DNA from: Smithellaceae bacterium | Lineage (GTDB): Bacteria > Desulfobacterota > Syntrophia > Syntrophales > Smithellaceae | DNA: 64,000 nucleotides | Assembly: GCA_963667845.2 (NCBI GenBank) | Contig: CAXXVL010000002.1 | Location: 1,440,001-1,504,000, forward strand | Reading direction: 5' to 3' | Shown here: positions 9,354 to 19,804 of the stretch, piece by piece | How positions within the stretch are numbered: the first letter of the stretch is position 1 | How the letters are laid out: every line of letters begins with the position of its first letter | Program-made: the position numbers and the translations under genes | Notes under the pieces: model-generated | What the model was told of the DNA's origin: nothing | Seen by the model: only the letters and a program-made list of their open reading frames with translations | The model's database searches: none

Positions 9354-10343
9354 AAACTTCTGCCCTTTCAGACAATCCAGTACCCGGGCTGCGGCGGTTG
9401 TGGGAGTAACGATCCCTTTTTCAACATCCGCAAGCGACCGGGCCAGTATCGCGGCTGCGGGACTTTCATAAAACCATTCTTGAACGCCTTCGCGGACCAT
9501 GAACTTCAGCCATTCCCGGGCCTGCTCCCGCCTTTTTTTCTGCAGTTCGCCGCTGGCCGTCAGCTTTTCACGATGGTCGAGGACGATCTTCAAAATGTCT
9601 TCCAACCCGGCCATTGTGATGGCGCTGCACGTTACAACCGGCGGGGTCCAGCTCTGATAGGGCGGCGAAAGCAGGTGGAAGGCCATTTCATACTGCCGTC
9701 TGGCCATTTTGGCACGTTCGATATTGTCTCCATCGGCTTTGTTGACGGCAACGGCGTCGGCCAGTTCCATGACGCCCTTCTTAATGCCCTGCAATTCGTC
9801 GCCGCCTCCGGCAATCATCAGCACCAGAAAGAAATCAACCATCGAGGCAACGGCGACTTCCGATTGTCCGACGCCGACGGTTTCGATCATGACCGCGTCA
9901 AATCCTGCCGCCTCGCATACCAGCATCGATTCGCGGGTTTTGCGGGCAACACCGCCCAGGGTTTTCCCGGAAGGGGAGGGACGGATGAATGCTTTGTCGT
10001 TTACCGCCAGCTTTTCCATCCGCGTTTTATCGGCCAGAATGCTGCCTCCGGTTTTAGGCGAACTGGGGTCAACCGCCAGAACCGCCACATGATAACCTTT
10101 CCGGGTCAGCATTGTGCCGAAGCTTTCGATGAACGTGCTTTTGCCGGCGCCCGGCAAGCCCGTGATTCCCAGTCGCAGGGTCTTGCCCGTATAAGGCATC
10201 AATGCATCGAGGATTTGCCGCGATAATTCCTGATCGGCCGGAAGAGAGCTTTCCACGAGTGTGATCGTTTTAGCCAGCATTCGCCGGTCCCGGTCAAGAA
10301 CCCCTTGAACGTAGGGTTGAACATCACGTTTCTCCATAGTCAT
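9351..10343 (-). CDS. meaB: Methylmalonyl-CoA mutase-associated GTPase MeaB/ArgK
   Basis: GLPGAGKST, AVDPSS, GGSILADKTRM, ETVGVGQSE, GDELQGIKKG, NKAD. Confidence 0.95.
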   Translation of the reverse strand: MTMEKRDVQPYVQGVLDRDRRMLAKTITLVESSLPADQELSRQILDALMPYTGKTLRLGITGLPGAGKSTFIESFGTMLTRKGYHVAVLAVDPSSPKTGGSILADKTRMEKLAVNDKAFIRPSPSGKTLGGVARKTRESMLVCEAAGFDAVMIETVGVGQSEVAVASMVDFFLVLMIAGGGDELQGIKKGVMELADAVAVNKADGDNIERAKMARRQYEMAFHLLSPPYQSWTPPVVTCSAITMAGLEDILKIVLDHREKLTASGELQKKRREQAREWLKFMVREGVQEWFYESPAAAILARSLADVEKGIVTPTTAAARVLDCLKGQKF

Positions 10344-10464
10344 CTCACTTTCCGGTCTTCACCATCCCGGCCGCTGTGTCCTTACCTGAAAAACGTCGCC
10401 GCATCACGCGTCCACCTGTTTTGTACCGGACGATTTTTGTCCAACGCCGATTAGCTTTTTCGTG

Positions 10465-10493
10465 ATTATACCGAAAGGCGGCAGGGCAGGCAA
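10465..10493 (-). promoter_or_regulatory. Putative sigma70 promoter for meaB-mce
   Basis: TTGCCT-17 bp-TATAAT on the minus strand. Confidence 0.6.
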
Positions 10494-10626
10494 TGCAAAT
10501 TTCATTGCATACGCTCCCTGACGGATCCTGAAAGTACGGAAATTACCGGATGCCCATTCATAAAGCGTCGGACGAAACGATGCGGCTTACTGCCGGAGGG
10601 TGATTTCTAATCCCGGCCGGGGTAAT

Positions 10627-11007
10627 CTATTTGGAGATTTTGACCGAAATCCGTTCCTGATATTCGCGGATTTCGTGGCGAAGGATGTCCAGGTCGGCAA
10701 TGCGCTCGTCGAGGCGTTTCAAATGATTGCCCAGCAGCTCCAGAAGCCTCCTCAGCACTTTTTCATTGGACTTCTCGTAAGTCCACATGGCTTCCAGTTC
10801 CTGCATTTCCGAGAGAGTCATGCCCATGATCTTCAGGCGCTTGATCAGTTTCAAGCGCCTGAGATCGGCGTCGGTATAGATGCGGCGGCCGCCTTCCACG
10901 CGTTTGATGGAATTGAGCAGACCGATTTCTTCGTAGTAGCGGATCGTCCGCTGGCTCATGTCCAGTTGCCTGGAGAGCTCTCCGATGGATGTAAATTCTT
11001 CGCTCAT
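10627..11007 (-). CDS. MerR-family transcriptional regulator (LiuR-like)
   Basis: SIGELS...RTIRYYEEIGLL, RIYT, C-terminal coiled coil; last gene of the acyl-CoA ligase run. Confidence 0.9.
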   Translation of the reverse strand: MSEEFTSIGELSRQLDMSQRTIRYYEEIGLLNSIKRVEGGRRIYTDADLRRLKLIKRLKIMGMTLSEMQELEAMWTYEKSNEKVLRRLLELLGNHLKRLDERIADLDILRHEIREYQERISVKISK

Positions 11008-11067
11008 GATAACCCCTGATCAGCGGAAAGATTTTCTCCCGGGCGTAAAAACCAGGCCGGAAAGCAT

Positions 11068-12621
11068 TTATGATGCGCTGTACTGCTGCTTTAACTCGCG
11101 CTTCAAAATTTTTCCAGAGGGATTTTTCGGCAGCTTCTCGGCAATGACCACCTTCTTGGGGCATTTAAAGCCCGCCAGTTTTTCCTTACAGTAAGCGATA
11201 ATCTCTTTATCGCTGATGGAGGCACCTTTCTTCGGCACGACAAACGCCGCCACAATCTCAATCCACTTGGGATCGGGAAGACCGATGACCGCCACTTCTT
11301 CGATGCCCGGATACTGATAGAGCACTTCTTCGACTTCACGGGAAGCCACGTTTTCGCCGCCGGACTTGATCATGTCCTTCTTTCGGTCCACCACGTAGAG
11401 ATAGCCGTCCGTGTCAAACCGGCCCAGATCCCCGCTGTGGAACCAGCCGAACTCAAACGCGTCGGCGGTTTTTTCCGGGTCATTCAGGTAGCCGGTCATG
11501 ACGTGACCGGAGCGATGGACGATCTCTCCGACGTCGCCGATCGGAACGAATTTTCCGTCATCGTCCATGAGCCTCGTTTCCACATTCAGAACTGGCATTC
11601 CGGCCGAGCCGGGTTTCAGAAGCTGATCTTCCGGCTTCAGAATAGTGGCCACCGGCCCCATTTCTGTCTGGCCGTAATAGTTCCAGAGTTTCAGGCCGCG
11701 AAAGGTCACGGCCAGTTGTTTGATGATCTCCACCGGCATGATGCTCGCGCCGTAGGCCGCTTTTTTCAGGCTGGCATGATTGTAATTCTTGAATTCCGGA
11801 TGGTTCAAAATGCCGATCCAGACCGTTGGCGGAGCGAACATGTGAGTGATTTGATATTTTTCGATAAGACGGATCATTTCCGCAGGATCCGCCTTGTGCA
11901 TGATGACGTTGGTGGCCCCGATATACAGATACGGCATGAGGAAGCAATGCAGCTGGGCGCAGTGAAACAGGGGCAGGGCATGCAGACTCACGTCGTCCGT
12001 CTCATACTGGCCGTCGAAAATACAGCTGTGGTACTGGGACATGAGCGCCCGGTGCGAGAGCATGGCGCCCTTGGGTTTGGACTCGGTTCCGCTCGTGTAG
12101 GGAATTTGGACAACGTCTTCGGCGCTGACGTCCACCTGGGGCTCATCATACGGCATGGCTTCCATTTCCGTGATCAGGTTGAAGAAACCCTCGGGAACCA
12201 GAGAATCGCCCAGAGGGAGAAAACCCCACTTCTCCACGGTGGAAAATTTATTCTGATCCTTGGCAATGATCGGGTAGAGGATGTCTTCCACGATGAAGAT
12301 CTTGGAGCCGGAATGGTTGATCACGTACGCGATTTCATCGGCATTGAGCATGTAGTTGATGGGCACCTGAATGGCGCCGATCTTGGCGAGACCGATCATG
12401 CTGATGGGGTAATAATGGGAGTTATACGCATAAACCGCCACCCGGTCGCCTTTTTTGACGCCGTAGCTGGTCATGAGATTGGCGAAGCGCCGTGCCTGAC
12501 GTTCGAGTTCATAAAATGAAAGCTTCAGATCGCGGAAAATAATTGCCGTCTTGTCGCCGTATTTTGTTGCGGCCCGCCTCGCCATGTCGCCGATCGTGTC
12601 GCGGAAACAAATGTTGCTCAT
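11068..12621 (-). CDS. Acyl-CoA synthetase (AMP-forming)
   Basis: YTSGTESKPKG, YGQTE, FHSGD, DRKKDMIKSGGENV, PKNPSGKILK. Confidence 0.92.
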   Translation of the reverse strand: MSNICFRDTIGDMARRAATKYGDKTAIIFRDLKLSFYELERQARRFANLMTSYGVKKGDRVAVYAYNSHYYPISMIGLAKIGAIQVPINYMLNADEIAYVINHSGSKIFIVEDILYPIIAKDQNKFSTVEKWGFLPLGDSLVPEGFFNLITEMEAMPYDEPQVDVSAEDVVQIPYTSGTESKPKGAMLSHRALMSQYHSCIFDGQYETDDVSLHALPLFHCAQLHCFLMPYLYIGATNVIMHKADPAEMIRLIEKYQITHMFAPPTVWIGILNHPEFKNYNHASLKKAAYGASIMPVEIIKQLAVTFRGLKLWNYYGQTEMGPVATILKPEDQLLKPGSAGMPVLNVETRLMDDDGKFVPIGDVGEIVHRSGHVMTGYLNDPEKTADAFEFGWFHSGDLGRFDTDGYLYVVDRKKDMIKSGGENVASREVEEVLYQYPGIEEVAVIGLPDPKWIEIVAAFVVPKKGASISDKEIIAYCKEKLAGFKCPKKVVIAEKLPKNPSGKILKRELKQQYSAS

Positions 12622-12640
12622 ATATATTCCTTTCGTTCTT

Positions 12641-12724
12641 TAAGGATCAAGGTGCAAGGATCAAGGTACAAGTCAAGCGGTGGCCTTCAAACTTTATCCT
12701 TTGTCCTTGAACCTTTAACCTTTA
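12641..12724. repeat. Heptamer repeats in two inverted blocks
   Basis: TAAGGAT CAAGGTG CAAGGAT CAAGGTA ... ATCCTTT GTCCTTG AACCTTT AACCTTT. Confidence 0.8.
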
Positions 12725-14365
12725 ACCTTGTTTGTATTTCTCTTCGAACATTTCTTTGAGCTTATATTTCTGAATCTTGCCGCTGGCTGTCATCGGGAAT
12801 TCTCTGAGAAACTCCCAGTAGCGGGGGATCTTGTGACGGGCGATCTTCCCTTTGCAGAATTCGGCAAATTCTTCCGGCGCTGCCGCCAGGCCGTCTTTGA
12901 GTTGGATAACCGCCAGAACCTGTTCCCCGTATTTTTTGTCGGTAATCCCCACGACCTGGGCGTTGGCCACTTTCGGATGGGTAAAGAAAAATTCTTCCAG
13001 TTCCCGCGGATAAATATTTTCACCGCCCCGGATAATCATATCCTTGATCCGGCCCGTCACCTTGAAGTAGCCGTTTTTATCCACTTCGCCGAGATCGCCC
13101 GTATGCAGCCAGCCGTCTTTATCGATCGCATCGGTGGTGGCTTCCGGCATTTTGTAGTAGCCCTTCATCACGCAGGCGCTGCGCGTGACGATTTCGCCCT
13201 GGGTAGAAGGCGGGGCGTCTTGTCCGCTTTCCTGATCGACAATCTTGCCTTCGATGTCGGGGAGCAGCCGGCCGACAGTCGATACGCGCAGTTCGACCGG
13301 GTCATCGCGGCGCGTCATGGTCATGACCGGCGAAGACTCCGTCTGGCCGAAGGCGATCACGATTTCGGAGCAATGCATATTTGCACGGACCTGCTTCATC
13401 GATTCCACCGGGCAGGGCGCTCCCGCCATAATGCCGGTGCGCAGAGACGTCAGATCGTACCGGTTGAAATCCGGATGATTTAAAATAGACACGAACATGG
13501 TCGGAACGCCGTTGATCGCCGTGCAGTGCTCGGCGGCAATCGCCGCCAGGGCCAGCGCCGGATCGAAATATTCCAGGACCACCATGGCCGAGCCGTGATA
13601 GATGCAGTTGAGCGTGCTCATGACGCAGCCGAAACAATGAAACAGGGGCACCTGAATCAAAAGGCTGTCGCGTTCAGTCATGCCCATGACATCGCCTACC
13701 ATCCGGGCGTTGTTCACGATATTGGTGTGCGAGAGCATTACGCCCTTGGGAAAACCCGTCGTGCCCGACGTGTATTGCATATTGATCACATCGTCGGCGT
13801 CAAGCGATGCCATCCGGCGGTCCAGTTCGGCCTCGGAAATCGCTGCTCCCTTTTTAATCATTTCGGAGAAGCCCAGCATGCCGGGCGTGTTTTCTTTTGA
13901 ACCGATGTAGACGACATTTTTCATGAGCGGCAGTTGGGAAGATGCCAGTTGCCCCGGCTGATGACGGTCCAACTCCGGGAGAATCTGACGCACCGTGTTG
14001 TAAAAGCTGGTATCGCGGTAAGTGTCGATCAGAAACAGTGTGGTGGAATCGGACTGTTTGAGAATATACTGAAGCTCATGCGACTGGTAATTGGTATTGA
14101 TCGTGACCAGCACCCCGCCGACCATCCCCAGCGCCGATTGCAGATAGATCCACTCCGGGATGTTGGTCGTCCAGACGGAAACATGATCGCCCTTTTGAAT
14201 GCCGAGCGCCATCAGTCCCCGGGCCGTTTTGCGGCACTGTTCATAGAACTCGCGGTAGGTTTGACGAATTTTAAATTGAGGTGAAATGAGGGCCGGATTT
14301 TCGGGAAACCGCCCGGCTGTTTCTTTAACCACTTCTCCCACTGTCTTGTTCACAAAATCGGACAT
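12722..14365 (-). CDS. Acyl-CoA synthetase (ACSF2/YngI-like)
   Basis: QYTSGTTGFPKG, PLFHCFGCV, FGQTESSP, WLHTGD, GRIKDMIIRGGENIYPRE. Confidence 0.93.
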   Translation of the reverse strand: MSDFVNKTVGEVVKETAGRFPENPALISPQFKIRQTYREFYEQCRKTARGLMALGIQKGDHVSVWTTNIPEWIYLQSALGMVGGVLVTINTNYQSHELQYILKQSDSTTLFLIDTYRDTSFYNTVRQILPELDRHQPGQLASSQLPLMKNVVYIGSKENTPGMLGFSEMIKKGAAISEAELDRRMASLDADDVINMQYTSGTTGFPKGVMLSHTNIVNNARMVGDVMGMTERDSLLIQVPLFHCFGCVMSTLNCIYHGSAMVVLEYFDPALALAAIAAEHCTAINGVPTMFVSILNHPDFNRYDLTSLRTGIMAGAPCPVESMKQVRANMHCSEIVIAFGQTESSPVMTMTRRDDPVELRVSTVGRLLPDIEGKIVDQESGQDAPPSTQGEIVTRSACVMKGYYKMPEATTDAIDKDGWLHTGDLGEVDKNGYFKVTGRIKDMIIRGGENIYPRELEEFFFTHPKVANAQVVGITDKKYGEQVLAVIQLKDGLAAAPEEFAEFCKGKIARHKIPRYWEFLREFPMTASGKIQKYKLKEMFEEKYKQG

Positions 14366-14490
14366 AAAAGCACCTCGCCATAGATTGATATTACATGATC
14401 AGGTCTTTTTCAGTCAGACGGATCAGCTGAGACCTCATGCATGATTTCAAACAAATGCTGTTCTAATCCCACTTAACGTAAACTGGGTTG

Positions 14491-14518
14491 AATATAGCGA
14501 ATTTTAATATTCTGTCAA
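14491..14518 (-). promoter_or_regulatory. Putative sigma70 promoter for the acyl-CoA ligase/MerR operon
   Basis: TTGACA-16 bp-TATATT on the minus strand. Confidence 0.55.
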
Positions 14519-14714
14519 TAATTTTTTTTCACTGACCTGCAAAAACCGCAAAATCTGCTTTCCGGAAAGCGACTCAATCAGGTTTTTCCTCAAGGGGCAG
14601 TTGCCCCTGCCTCGAAAATTAGATAGCAAAACCGGAGAGATACGTAATTTTCTTTCTGGCGGACGAGGATTGCCGGAGCGCATCAAAAACAAGTCTTAGC
14701 GATTCAGATTTCCT

Positions 14715-14743
14715 TTGACTTGCATGATCGTGTTCTTTATACT
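14715..14743 (+). promoter_or_regulatory. Putative sigma70 promoter for the sensor kinase
   Basis: TTGACT-17 bp-TATACT. Confidence 0.65.
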
Positions 14744-14796
14744 TTTTTGCACGAAGTAGTTATTCCTTACCCACGAGCTCCTTCAGGTTCTATAAG

Positions 14797-16743
14797 ATGG
14801 ATTTTGAGTCGGCGACCACTAGAGAGATCAGCTGCCGGATTACCCGCACTCTGATTATGTATGTCAGGGAGACGAACGGCTCGCTCGGAAACCTGCTTAC
14901 GGATCTCGAACTGGACGAGGCCTATCTCTGCGATAACAACAACTGGGTTTCCCACGAGTTCCTCCATATTCTCTATGCACGAATGTCTGAGATCCTGGGC
15001 GATAGATATCCGGTCTACAAGATGGCCCTGGCGTCCGACCGATACCAGTCCCTGAACATCCTGGAGCGGATCGCGCGTCTGCTGGGCAATCCGAAGCTGA
15101 TCTATTCGCAGGCGCCGCGATACAACAGGCTGCTCAAAGCGAACGGCGACGTCTACATCCATGAGGTCGGTGATTCCTGGGTGGTCCTGGAAGACCGCTA
15201 CCATGACGGCGCGACGAAGACCCGTCACGATTGCGACTATACCCGGGGAATCATCACCGGCATCCCCACCGTATTCGGTATGCCGCCGGCCCGCGTGGAA
15301 GAAATTGAATGCCAGGTGGCGGCCCATGTGTATGGCGAGCGGGAATGGACCGATAAACCGGTTTACGGGAGCAAAGGATGTCTCTACCGCATCGAGTGGG
15401 CATCCGGTGAAAGACCGCCGATCTGGAAGCGCCTCTTTCAACAGTACTGGGTTTATCGAAAAGCCATTGACGATCTGCAGGAAACGAATCAGATCATCCA
15501 GCAAAAATATGATGAAGTGAGAAAGCTGGCGCAGGAACTTGCGAATACCAACCGGCGCCTGGAAAGCTACACGGCTGAACTGCAGGCGTCCGAGCAGCGA
15601 TACCGGCTGCTGGCCGAAAACGTCACGGATACGATCTGGACGATGAGCCTGGAACCGCTGCAGTTTACGTATATCAGCCCGTCGGTTCAGCTGATGACAG
15701 GCTTCATGGTCCAGGAGGCGATGGCCATGCCGCTCGAAAAAAGCATATCACCGGAATCCATGGGCCGGGTGATGACTATGCTGGCGGAAGGGCTGGCCAG
15801 AGAGGCCGCAGGGAATAACGATCCAAATTACTCGGCAACTCTGGAAGTGGAGCTGTATCATAAAGACGGATCGCTAAGCTGGGTCGAGGTGACGACATCT
15901 TTTTTACGGGACGAAAAAAGCCGGGCCGTCGGACTTCTGGGCGTGTCACGGGACATCTCGGAGCGTAAGCGGGCCGAGCAACTCTACCAGGCGAAGATTG
16001 CCGCAGAAGCCTCCAATGATGCCAAGGGACAATTTCTTTCCAATATGAGTCATGAACTCAGAACCCCCTTGAACCATATTATGGGTTTTACTGAATTGAT
16101 CCTCGCGAAAAACTTTGGAGAACTCAATGGAGTTCAGGAAGAGTATCTGACGGATGTATATCAAAGCAGTCAGCACCTGCTTTCCCTGGTCGATGATATT
16201 CTGGACATTGAGAAGATCGAAGCGGGCAAACTGGAAATCAAAGTTGCGCCGGTCAATCTGATCATCCTGCTTACGCAAAGTCTGTCCATTGTCAGGGATA
16301 GTGCGTTGCGCCGCGGGATCCATCTGACGACTCGTATGGATCAGATCCCCGAAAATATTGTCGCCGATGAGCGGAGAATAAAGCAGGTCATTTATAATTT
16401 ACTCTCCAACGCCGTGAAGTTTACCGAAGACGGCGGTAACATCAGCCTTAACGCTTGCCTGAAAACGGGCGAGGGGTCGGAAGCTTTTGCCGGCTCCGAG
16501 ATCTGTCGTAAAATCCTGGAGATCAGTGTGACCGATAACGGCATCGGCATTAGACCGGAAGACATGAATAAAATATTCGAACCGTTTTCTCAGGCGGAGA
16601 GTGCGCTGAACCGGAAGTATGCCGGGTCGGGATTGGGGCTGGCCCTCGCGCGGAATCTGGCTGAAATGCACGGCGGCCGGTTATGGGCGGAAAGCGGCGG
16701 ACCAGGGAAGGGATCAACCTTTCGCTTCACGCTTCCGCTTTAG
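14797..16743 (+). CDS. Cytoplasmic sensor histidine kinase (V4R/H-NOX-like N-domain, PAS, HisKA, HATPase)
   Basis: H-box MSHELRTPL, NLLSNAVKFT, DNGIGI, GSGLGL; PAS (YISPS...SRDISERK); N-terminal C..E.C...GC.Y.I.W pattern. Confidence 0.9.
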   Translation: MDFESATTREISCRITRTLIMYVRETNGSLGNLLTDLELDEAYLCDNNNWVSHEFLHILYARMSEILGDRYPVYKMALASDRYQSLNILERIARLLGNPKLIYSQAPRYNRLLKANGDVYIHEVGDSWVVLEDRYHDGATKTRHDCDYTRGIITGIPTVFGMPPARVEEIECQVAAHVYGEREWTDKPVYGSKGCLYRIEWASGERPPIWKRLFQQYWVYRKAIDDLQETNQIIQQKYDEVRKLAQELANTNRRLESYTAELQASEQRYRLLAENVTDTIWTMSLEPLQFTYISPSVQLMTGFMVQEAMAMPLEKSISPESMGRVMTMLAEGLAREAAGNNDPNYSATLEVELYHKDGSLSWVEVTTSFLRDEKSRAVGLLGVSRDISERKRAEQLYQAKIAAEASNDAKGQFLSNMSHELRTPLNHIMGFTELILAKNFGELNGVQEEYLTDVYQSSQHLLSLVDDILDIEKIEAGKLEIKVAPVNLIILLTQSLSIVRDSALRRGIHLTTRMDQIPENIVADERRIKQVIYNLLSNAVKFTEDGGNISLNACLKTGEGSEAFAGSEICRKILEISVTDNGIGIRPEDMNKIFEPFSQAESALNRKYAGSGLGLALARNLAEMHGGRLWAESGGPGKGSTFRFTLPL

Positions 16744-16837
16744 AGTGCATAGGGGACCTGCGAAAGCCTTTCATCATCTTCTTGATGCTTAGGGCGAAGA
16801 TCCATAAGAATCTCAACTTTGAAATCTGAGGCGCATC

Positions 16838-17236
16838 ATGAAACAAAAAACGATTATGGTCATCGAAGACAACGAAATGAACATGAAACTGATGAGGGCC
16901 GTGCTCCAGATCGGAAATTACCGGATGCTGGAAGCAGCCGATGCGGAAACCGGTCTGCGATTAATGAAGGAGGACCGGCCGGACCTCATCTTCATGGATA
17001 TACAACTGCCGTCTATGAGCGGGTTGACGGCGACCGGGATTATCAAAGCTGACCCCGACTTGAAGGACATTCCTGTTTTTGCCGTTTCCGGCTTTGCCAT
17101 GGAAAGTGATAAGGCGAAGGCGAAGGACCTGGGGTTCGCCGGTTATATCGTTAAACCCATTTCGGTAAAAGCATTGCTGGAAATGCTGGCCCGACATTTC
17201 AGCGCCGGACAAACGGGGTACGAGCCCGTGGCCTGA
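16838..17236 (+). CDS. Single-domain response regulator (DivK-like)
   Basis: IEDNEMN, MDIQLP, YIVKP. Confidence 0.92.
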   Translation: MKQKTIMVIEDNEMNMKLMRAVLQIGNYRMLEAADAETGLRLMKEDRPDLIFMDIQLPSMSGLTATGIIKADPDLKDIPVFAVSGFAMESDKAKAKDLGFAGYIVKPISVKALLEMLARHFSAGQTGYEPVA

Positions 17237-17411
17237 CCCGAGTCGTTAAACCCTCTTTGCCTGAAAAAACGCGAACGGCAATTAGACGAACGCTACGGTG
17301 AAATATGCACGGAGCGCCCGAACCCGGATCGGTCTCACGTAAGTCGCAAAGGTATGTTTTTTCCGCTCTTAAAGACCTTGCCGCCGGTTCGCCGGAAACT
17401 GTCATGTTTTC

Positions 17412-17513
17412 TTTAATCCCGCTTAAGCGGGACGAGCGTTAATTCCCTGTCGCTTGCTGCGATATAATGACGTTCATTTCATACCTCGACCCCCTTGCTG
17501 CGAGGTGGTCGAT
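17412..17513 (-). mobile_element. ~100-bp dispersed hairpin element, copy 2
   Basis: Matches copy 1 over its full length. Confidence 0.65.
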
Positions 17514-17965
17514 TATCACCCCCAACGACACTTCTGCCGTAAAAAACCATGCTTTGCCATCATCGCTCTTCCTGATGATTTTAAGCATCCTGTGACGATC
17601 GTTACTGTTTCCCGTTCAGGAGACTGGTACGTATAATCCGTCTTTAGGGAAAAAGCGGGGTAAAGCTTGATAAAACACAGGTCAGAGCCGGCTTACGTAA
17701 AATACTAATTCGGCTCAGCATTACTTTGATGAAGAAAGGAAGGAGTATGCAGAATCGAATTTTTTGCGGCAATTCATTCCTGGATAGCGATCGTGACGGC
17801 AGTCAACACTGGTATGGCCGGTCAGGCCGGCAGTTAGAAAGAAGCAAGACACTCGATTTCAGCCAGCTCGTCGTCAAAAAAGCATCAGGTTTACGACTGG
17901 ACAATCGCTTTATATTCATGCCGAAGCATTGATTCCCTGAGTCATTTTCCGCGCACTCATCCCGA

Positions 17966-19456
17966 TCAGATGGCCGGCCGGCGGTTAAACCAGGGCGCTG
18001 CTCTTTCCAGTTGAGAGGCCAGCTGGAATAAGAGCGATTCCTCACCGAAACGTCCGATAAACTGCACGCCGCAGGGCAGTCCGCCCTTGCTCCAGTGGAG
18101 CGGCACCGACATGGCCGGCTGGCCCGTGAGGTTCGCCAGTTGTGTGAAAGGCATTTTGGAGAGGCCTTTGGTGGCCAGCATATCGGCAATACCCGACGCT
18201 TTGAGAAGTCCGCCCAGATTCAGGCCGTTGATAATTTTCAGGATGAATTGTTCGGCCGGTTTCTGCTGAAGCTCGCCGATCTTCGGCGGCAGTGAAGCGA
18301 TTGTCGGGGTCAGATACAGATCATAGGTTTCGTGAAATTTTGCCATCTGCCGCGAGAAGGTATTCCACTGACGCTGGGCCAGAACAAAGTCGCCCGCGGA
18401 AAATGTTTTACCCAGCAAATTTAAGGCCCAGGTTGACTCTTCCGTGTCATGATGATTGAGCGGCCGGCCGACAACACTTTTCAGTTCCATGATATCCGCA
18501 GCCACTTCTCCGAAATACATCATCACGTAACTTTTGCCCAATGCCTCCCCGTCAATGCCGTTATTAGCTTCCTCGACGTGATGTCCGAGACTTTCCAGAA
18601 GTTTGGCTGCGCCCAAAACTGCTTCGACGCATTCGGGGTGGACGTTTGCCCTGAGCGGCGACTGAATCGTATAGCCGATCCTGAGCGGCTTCGGGTCCTC
18701 GCCCGCGCAGGCGAGATACGGTCTTGTCGGCTGGGGGATGATGTAAGGCGCGCCGGGATCAGCGCCGTTTGTGGCATCGAGGATGGCCGCCGAGTCGCGC
18801 ACCGACCGCGTGACCACGCCTTCGACCTCCGCCCCCTGCCAAATTTCGCCCGATTCGGGTCCGAGCGGATTGCGTCCGCGCGTAACTTTCAGGCCGAATA
18901 GCCCGCAGCAGGAAGACGGAATGCGGATTGATCCGCCCCCGTCGCCGCCGGACGCCAGCGGGACAAACCCCGCGGCAACCGACGCCGCCGATCCGCCGCT
19001 TGATCCGCCGGGCGTATGATTAAGATTCCAGGGATTGCGCGTCGGGCCGTGCAGTTCGGGTTCGGTCACCCCCATCAGGCCGAATTCCGGCGTATTGGTT
19101 TTGCCCAGAACAATCAGCCCCGCCGCTCTGTAGCGACGCGCCATTTCACTGTCCACCGTCGGCACATAGTTTTTGCAGGATTTGCTGCCTTTGGTCATCG
19201 GAAAACCGGCGATGGCCGAGACGAGATCCTTGCACAAAAAAGGCACGCCCGCGAAAGGACCCTGCGGAATCTGTCCCGCCGCCGCTTTGCGCGCCGACTC
19301 ATCCATGCGGTAGATGACCGCGTTCAGTTTCGGGTTGACGCTCTCAATGCGCCCGATCGCTGCCTCGCACAGCTCCAGCGGGGTTACATCCTTCTTTCTG
19401 ACCAGTTCGGCAAGCCCCAGACCGTCGTATTTCTCATAGTCGGCAAAATGCGTCAT
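17966..19456 (-). CDS. Amidase (amidase-signature family)
   Basis: [29 protein letters not shown]. Confidence 0.95.
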   Translation of the reverse strand: MTHFADYEKYDGLGLAELVRKKDVTPLELCEAAIGRIESVNPKLNAVIYRMDESARKAAAGQIPQGPFAGVPFLCKDLVSAIAGFPMTKGSKSCKNYVPTVDSEMARRYRAAGLIVLGKTNTPEFGLMGVTEPELHGPTRNPWNLNHTPGGSSGGSAASVAAGFVPLASGGDGGGSIRIPSSCCGLFGLKVTRGRNPLGPESGEIWQGAEVEGVVTRSVRDSAAILDATNGADPGAPYIIPQPTRPYLACAGEDPKPLRIGYTIQSPLRANVHPECVEAVLGAAKLLESLGHHVEEANNGIDGEALGKSYVMMYFGEVAADIMELKSVVGRPLNHHDTEESTWALNLLGKTFSAGDFVLAQRQWNTFSRQMAKFHETYDLYLTPTIASLPPKIGELQQKPAEQFILKIINGLNLGGLLKASGIADMLATKGLSKMPFTQLANLTGQPAMSVPLHWSKGGLPCGVQFIGRFGEESLLFQLASQLERAAPWFNRRPAI

Positions 19457-19804
19457 GTCTTTCTCCTGTGCTGTTTAGCAAAAAAATAAAACGTTTGGCG
19501 GGTGGTTGGAATGACAACGCGGCTGCCGTTTTGGAAACCGGAACAGACAACCCTCGTGATTTTTAATTTTGAGATTATAGTGAAGGCGGCCAATGCAAGT
19601 CAAGATTAATTTCCATGCGGACGTCGGAAGTCAAAGGAGGAAGCCCTGCCGCGGACAAAAGGCAGCGATCCACGGTGCAGAAAGGCGACAGGCAGGCAGC
19701 AGGATCAGCCGAAGCCGGTAAAGTCGGCCCTTTCCCGCCTGGGGCCTTAAGATCGAGTGCCAATGGAATGCCGATTCCGCAGGAGCCCGCGTCAGCGGTT
19801 TCTC

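Noticed and set aside
10344..10626. Cobalamin riboswitch upstream of meaB
   Set aside because: No recognisable B12-box or conserved core by eye; an Rfam scan would be decisive.
17747..17932. 61-aa ORF with a good RBS (AAGGAG)
   Set aside because: No motif or other support, so it cannot be called a gene.
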